20,000 bases of DNA from an uncultured virus (IMG/VR IMGVR_UViG_3300021511_000004) (IMGVR_UViG_3300021511_000004); one strand, 5' to 3'; numbered from the stretch's first letter, positions 1-8,400 are shown. Program-made: numbers and translations. The notes: generated by a model from the letters alone, not told the origin.

Positions 1-18
1 AAGTTTAATTCTTGAAGT

Positions 19-98
19 TGGTCGGGATGAGAGGATTCGAACCTCCGACTCCGTGATCCCAGGTCACGTACTCTAATACCAGACTGAGCTACACCCCG
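19..98 (-). tRNA. tRNA-Pro (anticodon UGG) with encoded CCA and atypical C33
   Basis: Reverse complement folds as CGGGGTG TA GCTC AGTCTGGTATTA GAGT A CGTGA CCTGGGA TCACG GAGTC GGAGG TTCGAAT CCTCT CATCCCG A CCA. C1-G72, A73 and G37 are typical of tRNA-Pro. Confidence 0.93.
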
Positions 99-122
99 AC
101 ATATTACATTTCAATTATGTTC

Positions 123-1046
123 TTAGTTATATACCGACTTTAAGTAAGAAACGAACCCTTCATCTTCACACATACCTTTACCAGGCGAGTTAGAAACTTT
201 AGCAACTGGTTGGCCATTACACCTGGTCATTTTTATAACTATATTTAGAGCTGCTTGTGCCCAATCATTAGTGAGAAATGTTCCGATGCCAAATGGTGTT
301 TTAATAAGATTGTGCAACTGACTATGGATGTGTAAAGCCTTTTCAAAGGTTAATCCATTGCTAAATACAATGGTCTTTGTTTTTGGGTCAATATGCTTTG
401 CAAGATAGAAGTTAACTATACGGTGACCAAAACGTACGGGATCAGGTTCTGAGTCCTCTCTGACGCCATCGAATAATTTATATAGAAGAGGATCATCAAA
501 ATCTTTTAAGAAAGCATCTGTGTTTATAATATCGGATAGTGCGATTCCTAGATCACCTCTATACACTTTAATCCAATTTTCAAAAGCCATTTTCTGACTG
601 TCAGCTAATCTATACCCTAATTGCTGATGAGCTTGAAGCCAGCTATGATCCATAGTTCCAATCGCTGTTAAATCATACTTCATAGCCATTAATAAATTAC
701 TAGTACCAATAAAATTTTTGGGGGTATGTTTCTTACAGAATTGAACTACTTGTTTATGCCATTCATAGCTCCTTCTTCTTCTTGTCCCAAAATCTCCATA
801 ATAAAAATCATCAGGCAAACCGTTTGTTTTTTCCAGCAAACGAGCTTTTGCATCCATTATTGTATTCTCATAAGTATCTCCAATGGTTTGACTAATAGTT
901 GAAAGACATGGAATATCAAGCAAAGTGGTATGGAACCATGGTCCTCTAATAATTAAATCAAGTTCCCCCGTCCGAGAACACTCGGGCCAAACCCCATATG
1001 GCTCCCACCAAATAAAAATGAATAAATGTAGCTTCTTATACTTCAT
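123..1046 (-). CDS. pncB: Nicotinate phosphoribosyltransferase, missing about 100 N-terminal residues (possible pseudogene or split gene)
   Basis: Motifs DFGTRRR, GTSN, GTMDHSW (phospho-His), GIALSD, IDPKTKTIVFSNGL, FGIGT, LNIVIKM, PVAKVSNSPGK. Similarity to PncB begins at GELDLIIRGPW (~968); the N-terminal DTDxYK motif is absent. Confidence 0.85.
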   Translation of the reverse strand: MKYKKLHLFIFIWWEPYGVWPECSRTGELDLIIRGPWFHTTLLDIPCLSTISQTIGDTYENTIMDAKARLLEKTNGLPDDFYYGDFGTRRRRSYEWHKQVVQFCKKHTPKNFIGTSNLLMAMKYDLTAIGTMDHSWLQAHQQLGYRLADSQKMAFENWIKVYRGDLGIALSDIINTDAFLKDFDDPLLYKLFDGVREDSEPDPVRFGHRIVNFYLAKHIDPKTKTIVFSNGLTFEKALHIHSQLHNLIKTPFGIGTFLTNDWAQAALNIVIKMTRCNGQPVAKVSNSPGKGMCEDEGFVSYLKSVYN

Positions 1047-1047
1047 A

Positions 1048-1095
1048 AATTAATATATATAGAATAAAATTATTTAATTAAGAACAAAATTAAAA
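1048..1095. promoter_or_regulatory. Divergent promoter-like cassette, copy 1 (AATTAATATATATAGA-N18-GAACAAAAT)
   Basis: The same 16-mer and 9-mer with identical 18-nt spacing recur at 5004-5046. Both copies lie between divergently transcribed genes. Confidence 0.7.
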
Positions 1096-1156
1096 TCAAA
1101 ATCTTACTGGTTGCTAAAAAATTTGTCAGTAACAAAAAATAAAAAGGAGATTTTAA

Positions 1157-1636
1157 ATGGCAATAAAAGATACTATTGTAGTAGCACCTCATCCTGATGA
1201 TGAAATTATAGGATGTTATGAAGTATTAATGAATAAAGATATAAAACCAATTATTATATACTCGGGTGATATAGATGCAGATAGGAGAGAAGCAGTATTG
1301 AAGTTAAAAGAACATGTTGATTGTAAACTTCAATTATTTCAAATGACAGTTCCACAAACATTTTTAAGCCCAGATAATGTTTTCTATATGCCAGACCCAA
1401 TTTATGAAATACATCCAAAGCATAGAGAATGGGGATTTTTAGGAGAAAATCTAGCACGAAATGGATTTAATGTTAAATTTTATAATACAAACATGATTGC
1501 TCCATATATTCATGAGTGTAAAGATCCAGAAAAAAAGAGGGATTTATTAAATAAAGTATACCCAGATCAGAAATCGCTTTGGGAATATGAACATAAATAT
1601 TTTCTCTTTGAAGGTTACTGTAAATGGATATTTTAA
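1157..1636 (+). CDS. PIG-L/LmbE-family (GlcNAc) de-N-acetylase, compact form
   Basis: N-terminal VVAPHPDDE metal motif and a downstream HPKH (HPDH-like); AAGGAGA RBS. Confidence 0.8.
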   Translation: MAIKDTIVVAPHPDDEIIGCYEVLMNKDIKPIIIYSGDIDADRREAVLKLKEHVDCKLQLFQMTVPQTFLSPDNVFYMPDPIYEIHPKHREWGFLGENLARNGFNVKFYNTNMIAPYIHECKDPEKKRDLLNKVYPDQKSLWEYEHKYFLFEGYCKWIF

Positions 1637-1848
1637 TATTAAGTATTGTATCGCTTATAACAACGCTGATAGGATTATACTTGCTTGGTGAAAAGAAAGC
1701 ATCAGGTTTTTTAATATTCACCATTAGTTTAGTATGTCAAATGTATATTTTTTATATGAATAAGAATTTATTTTTATTTTTTCAAATGATGATTCTTATT
1801 ATATTTAATATTTGGAATTATTGTAAATGGACTAGGGAGGATTTATGA
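1624..1848 (+). CDS. Small three-helix membrane protein, PnuC-like half transporter
   Basis: Three hydrophobic segments, GLYLLGEKKASGF turn, Q in TM3 and a C-terminal YCKW resembling PnuC repeat ends. Confidence 0.55.
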   Translation: MDILILSIVSLITTLIGLYLLGEKKASGFLIFTISLVCQMYIFYMNKNLFLFFQMMILIIFNIWNYCKWTREDL

Positions 1849-2120
1849 AGATTATAAAAATTGATGAAGAATTACCAGGAAATGGTTATTGCACATTACA
1901 CTGTGAATTTTCTCAAGAAGAAGTCAATATTTTTATTGAGTATGCTATTAATGATATATTGAAAAAACAAATTGAGAAAATGGAACAACTCGGTAAAAGG
2001 AGATGTTTTGATTGTGGTGAAGAAATTGATAGTAAAACTATTGAGGAGTTTCCGGATACTGAAATATGTATAGAATGTATGGAAGAAAAAATGTTTGAAT
2101 TTCCAGCGGATACACCTTAA
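1845..2120 (+). CDS. DksA/TraR-type C4 zinc-finger protein
   Basis: CFDCGEEI-x9-PDTEICIEC matches the DksA/TraR zinc-finger pattern. Confidence 0.7.
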   Translation: MKIIKIDEELPGNGYCTLHCEFSQEEVNIFIEYAINDILKKQIEKMEQLGKRRCFDCGEEIDSKTIEEFPDTEICIECMEEKMFEFPADTP

Positions 2121-2132
2121 AAGGAGAAGAAA

Positions 2133-2344
2133 ATGGGAATGTTGAAAGTAGGATTATGTTTATTAGACGAGAAAGATATAGACCAGTAAAAGAAAACTGG
2201 ACTGTTAATATTACCAGAGATTTAAATAATATATATGTAACAGACGAAATTTCTAAGATACTAACTGAAAGTTTTAAACTTGAACTTGAACCGAAAACTA
2301 TAAAAGAAATGTTAGTGGAGGTAAAAGAAAAATGGGCGAACTAG
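2133..2344 (+). pseudogene. Frameshifted paralog of 2332..2592 (capsid-fragment-like small protein)
   Basis: AAGGAG RBS then ATG 2133 gives MGMLKVGLCLLDEKD (matches FKFALCILDEDD in the next gene) and stops at 2187-2189. The frame of ORF 2156..2344 continues the similarity (WT...DEI..I....K.EL....IKEML). Confidence 0.7.
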
Positions 2345-2592
2345 GAAAAAAGATAACAGTAAAAGAAACTGAAACAAAACGATTTAAATTTGCATTATGT
2401 ATTTTAGATGAGGATGATAACATAGTTAAGATGCATGGGATAAATACTAAATGGACTGCTGTTAGTGAAGGATTTTTGGGAGAAAAGTTTAATGTTGATA
2501 TACATGATGAAATCGCAAATATTATATCAAATGAATTGAAAAAAGATTTAACTCCAGAAGTTATTAAGGAGTTACTGAAAGGGTTAACTTAA
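2332..2592 (+). CDS. Hypothetical protein with a gp23 capsid-like segment
   Basis: GGAGG RBS; paralog of the upstream gene; KWT...DIHDEIANIISNELKKDL resembles the T4-type major capsid helix. Confidence 0.7.
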   Translation: MGELGKKITVKETETKRFKFALCILDEDDNIVKMHGINTKWTAVSEGFLGEKFNVDIHDEIANIISNELKKDLTPEVIKELLKGLT

Positions 2593-3531
2593 ATGAAGAG
2601 GATTATTTTTGTACCTCAATATCCCACACCAAATCGCTATCAAGAATGGTGGGCAACTAAATTTCCAGAAGAATTTATAAAAGCGGGGTTCAATGTTCAT
2701 GTTCTTGGAGGTAATAAAATATATGAAATGAAACATAGAAGGGGAGATTTATCAATGTTTTCTCCTATTCACGCTGCCATTGAATTTGAGTGTTATCAGA
2801 TAGATGAATATATGAATATGGAATTACGAGATGATGATATTCTATTTGTAGCTGATATTAGTTTTCCGGGTTTCTTTTGTAATACTTTATTTCATAAACG
2901 AACGGATAAGATGTTTGCATTTTGTCATGCTACAAGTTTAAATTATAAAGATTATTTTGAAGAAGTTAGAAATGTAAAATATCCAGTTGAGACATCACAT
3001 GCAGCTATGTTTAATAAAGTCTTTGTAGGAAGTAAATATCATCAAGATAAACTTGGGTGGTATAATACAGTTGTAACATACTTACCATTTCCCCCTCTTC
3101 TTTCACAAAAAAATATTAAAAAATATGAAATAATATCTGCTTCAAGACCGTCCCCTCAGAAAGTTAATTTAAATTTAGAGAAGGATGTTGAAGCAAAATT
3201 TTCAGAGATTATAAGAAAAGATACACGAAGCTGGGACGAATATTTTAAATTTTTTAGTGAGTCTGTAGTTCTTTTGATTTCATCACATGAAGATACATTC
3301 GGTTATCAAATTGTAGATGCAATTATGAATGGATGTATTCCGATTGCTCCAAATAAATGTGCTTATCCAGAATTGTTATCAAGAGAGTATCTATATAATG
3401 ATAAAGAAGAACTATTCAAAATAATTAATGATGCTTTGTGGGGTTTATTAGATGTACCGAAGTTGAAATGTAAGAATCAAATGAATGATTTTTATGATAG
3501 AATAATAGAGGAGATAAGAAATGCCATTTAG
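2593..3531 (+). CDS. GT-B fold glycosyltransferase (GT4-like; C-terminus resembles GTDC1/DUF3524)
   Basis: Donor-binding motif SSHEDTFGYQIVDAIMNGCIPIAPNKCAYPELL. Confidence 0.85.
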   Translation: MKRIIFVPQYPTPNRYQEWWATKFPEEFIKAGFNVHVLGGNKIYEMKHRRGDLSMFSPIHAAIEFECYQIDEYMNMELRDDDILFVADISFPGFFCNTLFHKRTDKMFAFCHATSLNYKDYFEEVRNVKYPVETSHAAMFNKVFVGSKYHQDKLGWYNTVVTYLPFPPLLSQKNIKKYEIISASRPSPQKVNLNLEKDVEAKFSEIIRKDTRSWDEYFKFFSESVVLLISSHEDTFGYQIVDAIMNGCIPIAPNKCAYPELLSREYLYNDKEELFKIINDALWGLLDVPKLKCKNQMNDFYDRIIEEIRNAI

Positions 3532-4036
3532 AACTTTCAATAGCTGGCTCTTTGATAGGAATGAAACATCTCCTATCCCGCCACCAAAAAATGGAGTAGA
3601 TATTCTTAAATATAATTCACCGATTACAAACACTTTTGTTCTCTCTTTATTCATGAGAAATGGTCATCTTAATCATTATTTAAATGAATATTTTAACAAT
3701 ATGGGATTAAGATATTTATCCAGAGAAGAGCTTTTTAAGTTTATCAAAAAATGTGTCCTTGATTTTAGAGTGAGAAGAAGAGATACAGTTTTTTATAAAT
3801 TCAGAAGGCAGGACAAATTATATAATATTTTAAGAGATAAGTTGCCGCAATTTAAAAATAATGATATAACATTATTATGCGAATTGGTCGAAAAATCAGA
3901 TGATAAAGAAGCAATATATAATTCATTAGGTCTTGAAACTCCAAAGAAAAAGAAATTAAAAACTGGCAAAAAAAGAGTTAAAAAAGGCAAAGTTTCATTA
4001 AAAGAATTTTTAGCAGAGCACTTCTCTGTGATATAA
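3521..4036 (+). CDS. Hypothetical protein, weak resemblance to the T4 gp62 clamp-loader small subunit
   Basis: GAGGAG RBS and 11-nt overlap with the upstream gene; size and the LNEYFNN...ELFKFIKK..RVRRR pattern recall gp62. Product call is low confidence. Confidence 0.5.
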   Translation: MPFRTFNSWLFDRNETSPIPPPKNGVDILKYNSPITNTFVLSLFMRNGHLNHYLNEYFNNMGLRYLSREELFKFIKKCVLDFRVRRRDTVFYKFRRQDKLYNILRDKLPQFKNNDITLLCELVEKSDDKEAIYNSLGLETPKKKKLKTGKKRVKKGKVSLKEFLAEHFSVI

Positions 4037-4054
4037 GAAGTGCTCTACTAAAAA
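4007..4054. terminator. Long inverted repeat between convergent genes (3'-end or processing hairpin)
   Basis: TTTTTAG-C-AGAGCACTTCT, 10-nt loop, AGAAGTGCTCT-A-CTAAAAA. The single mismatch becomes a U-G pair on the minus strand. Confidence 0.6.
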
Positions 4055-4055
4055 A

Positions 4056-4787
4056 TTATTCTTCGCCTGAAAATGGAGTATTATCTGGCTGTGGAGTATC
4101 AGCAATACTTTCTTTGATTTTCTCAGCTAAGTTTGCTGATAGAACTGGATTGTTGGGCCGGTATTCCTTTTTCTTTTTTTGTGGTTTCGCTTTTTTTGGA
4201 ATGTTAGAAGTGAATCCAAGTTGTTCACAATGTTTACAAGGAGTCGTTGATTTGATTTCGTGATCCGGAACGACTTTTGGTATTTTTCCTTTACCACGAC
4301 ATTCAACACATTTTATATAAACTTCTCCTTCACCACCACATGTTTGACAGGTGACATTGATACCACCTCCACCTTTCCATCTTTTTTGAAATCTACCTGT
4401 ACCTTTACATTTTCTGCACTTGACTTTAATTTTCTTTTTTCCAGCGCAGATATGGCAGTTGACTTTTACAGTCTTGCGTTTAAATTTATAAATTTCGCCT
4501 GTACCTCTACAAGCAATACAGGTGTTCTCAAATGGCGAGATAATTTCAAAATATCTCTGTGCTTTCATTTGAGACGATACCAGAAGTTGTATCAATTGAT
4601 TTTTTGCCTCAATAAAAGGGTCGATTTCATCTAATTCGCCATTTTCTTTTTTAACCCAATAGTTTGCCTCAAAACATTTTAAGATATGTTCTGGAGTATA
4701 ATCAGCGCCAACTCCCAATAATTTTTCAAATTCAAATATAGTTTCGTCGGGTTGGTCTTGAGTGACAACTTCCTGTTCAATGGGCAT
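4056..4787 (-). CDS. DnaJ-type cysteine-rich zinc-finger repeat protein without a J-domain
   Basis: Six CxxC units (CIACRGTG, CHICAG, CRKCKGTG, CQTCGGEG, CVECRGKG, CKHCEQLG); AAGGAG RBS; no HPD motif. Confidence 0.8.
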   Translation of the reverse strand: MPIEQEVVTQDQPDETIFEFEKLLGVGADYTPEHILKCFEANYWVKKENGELDEIDPFIEAKNQLIQLLVSSQMKAQRYFEIISPFENTCIACRGTGEIYKFKRKTVKVNCHICAGKKKIKVKCRKCKGTGRFQKRWKGGGGINVTCQTCGGEGEVYIKCVECRGKGKIPKVVPDHEIKSTTPCKHCEQLGFTSNIPKKAKPQKKKKEYRPNNPVLSANLAEKIKESIADTPQPDNTPFSGEE

Positions 4788-4834
4788 AAAAACTCCTTTC
4801 TATATGAAGTAACTCATTAATAAAAATGGTGTGG

Positions 4835-4879
4835 AAGGCACAGGGTCATGGCCGTCACCACCGGGCTCTCCTGTGCCTT
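4835..4879 (-). ncRNA. Kink-turn hairpin in the 5' leader of 4056..4787 (putative cis-regulatory RNA or small RNA)
   Basis: Minus strand AAGGCACAGG-AGA-GCC-(10-nt loop)-GGC-CAU-GAC-CCUGUGCCUU: 3-bp C-helix, 3-nt bulge, tandem G.A/A.G pairs and a perfect 10-bp helix. GC-rich island in AT-rich DNA. Confidence 0.55.
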
Positions 4880-5003
4880 TTTTAAATTGTTGTCATGTTG
4901 TATGTCAATCCATTCTTAGGCACCTCCGGACCTTAATCGGGGTTAAAAAATTATTATTGCTAATGTAAATGGATAGATAATAAACTGTCTATCTCTTTTC
5001 AAT

Positions 5004-5051
5004 AATTAATATATATAGATGCCAGTTATTAAAATAGGAACAAAATGAAAA
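5004..5051. promoter_or_regulatory. Divergent promoter-like cassette, copy 2
   Basis: AATTAATATATATAGA 5004-5019 and GAACAAAAT 5038-5046, same spacing as copy 1. Confidence 0.7.
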
Positions 5052-5061
5052 GGAAAAACAT

Positions 5062-5406
5062 ATGAATTTACAGGAATATGAAGTCATTTGCAATAAGTGT
5101 GATGGCGAAGGAGCTATCCATTCTGATGATCCACAGGGGGCGAGTGTTACATGCCCAAAATGTGACGGCGAAGGAAAAGTAGACTGGGTATCTAATGCTA
5201 TGGAAGGTGTATTATCTTTCAATAAATTACATGGAACTTTTACTTCAATTAATCCATGTGCTGATATAAACTTTCAAGTTGAGGGTAAAGAACTGTTGAG
5301 AATTACAAAAGATGCATTTTATATAAAAGGAAGGAAGGTTGTGAATGATGATAAAATATATAATGCGTTTGTTGATTTTTTTAAACAGACCGGAACTTAT
5401 ATCTAA
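5062..5406 (+). CDS. Small DnaJ-type zinc-finger protein (CxxCxGxG twice plus KxDW), paralog 1
   Basis: CNKCDGEG...CPKCDGEGKVDWVSNAM; AAGGA RBS. Confidence 0.8.
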   Translation: MNLQEYEVICNKCDGEGAIHSDDPQGASVTCPKCDGEGKVDWVSNAMEGVLSFNKLHGTFTSINPCADINFQVEGKELLRITKDAFYIKGRKVVNDDKIYNAFVDFFKQTGTYI

Positions 5407-5418
5407 GGAGGAAAATAT

Positions 5419-8400
5419 TTGATTTCAATAAAAAATTCGTTTGCAAATTGCTCAGTTTGTGATCTTTTAGATGCACCATCATGTATTCTTGAGACAAATT
5501 GTAAAAGTGATATTACTAAGGTTGATGTTGTTTTTATTGCGGAAAATCCTGGAAAAGATGAAGTTAAAAAAGGAAGTCCTTTAATAGGAAAAGCAGGAAA
5601 AAAGTTCCGAAAATATTTTGAGAGATTCGGAATAAATAAAATGAATTATTTATTAACTAATGTTGTTTTATGTCAAACAAAGAATCTAGATGGAACAACT
5701 GGTAATCCCACTAAAGAAGTCATAGAATTATGTAAAGATAATTGTATGCAAATTATTAAGGCATGTAATCCTAAATTAGTTGTATTAATGGGAACCAGTC
5801 CAATGTCAGCATTCGGAATTGCGAAAGCAGGAATTACAAATATTCATGAAAGATACGAGCTATTTGATTGGGAAGGATATAAAACTATGATTATTGTACA
5901 CCCTTCGTTTGTCAATAGAAATCAATCATGGGAACCTAAATTCTCTGAAGCAATGTCTAGAATCTCTGAGATGTTAGGAGGGAAAAAAATGGAGATAGCA
6001 GTTGAATCGAAAGCTAAATCGTTAGGTAAAGGGATTCATAGATATAGAATTCCAGATAAGTTTTATACTGAGAATTATAGATTAATTAATGTTCAATTTT
6101 TAAATAAGACAAGTCAAGTCTTATATATTTTCAGAGATAAAGATAATAATAAAGTATTTCATAAAGAAAATGATGATTACATTTGTTATCAAGCTCCTAA
6201 GGGAGTTGAAACAAGAAAACTTGTACCATATGAAAAATTAAATCAAATATCAATTAAATTTAAAGATAGATATAATCTAGATTCAAATATAACATATGAA
6301 GGTGATGTAAGAATTGCAACTAAACATGCTATGGATTACTATCATTATAATAAGGGAGAGTGTAAGAAAACTAAATCTAATATCATGTTCTTTGATATTG
6401 AAATTGACACTGGAGACGAACGAGTGTTCCCCAAACCAGAAGATGCAGCATTCCCAATTAATATGTTGACAACAATTCATAATGGTGAAAAAATATGTTA
6501 TGTAATTGATAATAAGACTGAACCGATAATAAAGAGACAAGATGTTGAATATAAAATCTTTGCTAATGAAAAGAAATTTCTACAAACGTTCATTAAAGAT
6601 TTTAAAGATACAGCCCCAGACTTTCTTGCTGGGTGGAATTGTATTAGCTTTGACCTTTCATATATTTATAATAGATTACCTCAGATTGGAATGCAACAGA
6701 CAAGCATGACATCTTTTGGTGAATTTTATATTGATGCTTCTAAGTTTGTATGCCATATACCTGGAACTGTAGCAGTAGATCAGGATTTCTTATATCGGAC
6801 ATTTACATTTACAAAAATGGAAAATTATAAGTTGGGGTTTATTGCTGATCATGAACTTGATGGTTATACAAAACTTGATTTGCCTTTACCATTCAATGAA
6901 ATGTACTGGAAGATGTTGAATAAAACAATTGAATACAACATCAGAGATACAGAATTGCTTGAGAAATTAGATGAAAAATTAGCTCATATCAATCTTTTGA
7001 ATGAGTTGAGAATTATTTGTAAAGCCAACTTTGAATCTACTTCATCATTTGGTCAGATTGACTCTTTAATGGTTTCGTATGCTAAGAACAAAGGAATAGC
7101 ATCAAAGAATAGTGATCCTCATATTGTTAAAGAAGAATATCCAGGAGCATTTGTATTTGAACCAATACCGGGAGTATATGATTGGATTACAGACTTTGAC
7201 TTTGCATCTCTATATCCAAGTTTAATGATAACATATAATATTGGAGTTAATAGTTTTGTAATGAAAACTGAAGACCCAAGTATGGGATATGATCTTGTTT
7301 ATGATAAAGAAAATTTACCAGATGTAATTAATGTTATAATCGACCCTTTATATGAAGCAAAAGTTGTACAAATGAATACAAAAGAATTGTATAAAATCAT
7401 ACAAAAGAAAGAACTAATTCATACAATCAACGGGTGTTTCTTTCACCCTCATAAGAAAGAATTTTCTATGTTTGGTGAGGTTGTTAATATGTTAATGACT
7501 TCAAGAAAGGGCTATAAAGGAAAGATGTTTGATGCAATTGAAGAAAAAGATAAAGACGAAGAAACATTTTATTACATAAGACAGTTAGTATATAAGGTGT
7601 TGGCAAATACACTATATGGAGTTGTTGCAAATAAAGCATTTAGATTTTTTGATACATCTTTAGCATCAGCTGTTACTCTTACTGGTCAAGAAGCATTAAA
7701 GACTTCAATTGTTCAGGGTGATGCTTATATGAGACATCTTGATACAGGAAGACCATTTGTTGAACCAACAAAAATTACAAAAGAAGAAATGTTTGCAAAT
7801 AAAATGCCTAAAAGAAGTAATGAGTATATCATAACTGGAGATACTGATTCAATTTTTTGTTGTTTTGAAAATTTCAGTGATGATCTATCAGTTGGAAATC
7901 TTCATGATTGGTGTGAGCAAATTGAAAACTTTTTAAATGAAGAGAAGATGATTGATGTAGTTAAAAGTCATAACGTTGATTTGGAGTTTAACAGACTGAA
8001 GTTGAAAAATGAATTGGTTATATCACGGGGTTTATTCTTAGCCAAGAAACGTTATGCTATTCGAGTTATTAATAATGAAGGCAAAGATGTTGATAAAATT
8101 AACTATATGGGTGTTGAAATTAAGAGATCAGATTACCCAAGGAAATCAAAAGAATTTTTAGTTGAGCTCTTGGACTTATTATTAAAATCAAAGAGAGTTT
8201 CATTAAATAAATTGATGGAGTTTGTTAATAGAGAAGAACAAAACTTCATTAAAGCAATTTTAGATGGTGATAAGAGTATTGCTCGACCTGTATCATATGG
8301 AAAGAAATTAAAAGATTATAAACTTGTTCCACAGGGAGTGAAAGCAATGGAGAATTGGAACACGTTAATGTATGATATTCATAAAACTGGCAATAAAGCA

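Noticed and set aside
962..1010. GC-rich patch upstream of pncB resembling group II intron domain V (GAGCCATATG...GTTC...GGGGG on the minus strand) or a tmRNA/tRNA 3' end (GCTCCCACCA)
   Set aside because: The D5-like stem is too short and pairs poorly, there is no GNRA loop, and the would-be D6 is PncB coding sequence. No T-loop or matching acceptor strand supports a tRNA or tmRNA.
1615..1833. Near-repeat TTAYTGTAAATGGA giving YCKW at the ends of two adjacent genes
   Set aside because: Only two short AT-rich copies with no further similarity; chance cannot be excluded.
4056..4787. Calling this gene dnaJ
   Set aside because: No J-domain HPD motif, G/F region or C-terminal substrate-binding domain.
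4905..4927. Minus-strand GGAGG followed by ATG GAT TGA (two-codon uORF)
   Set aside because: Too short to support without ribosome profiling.
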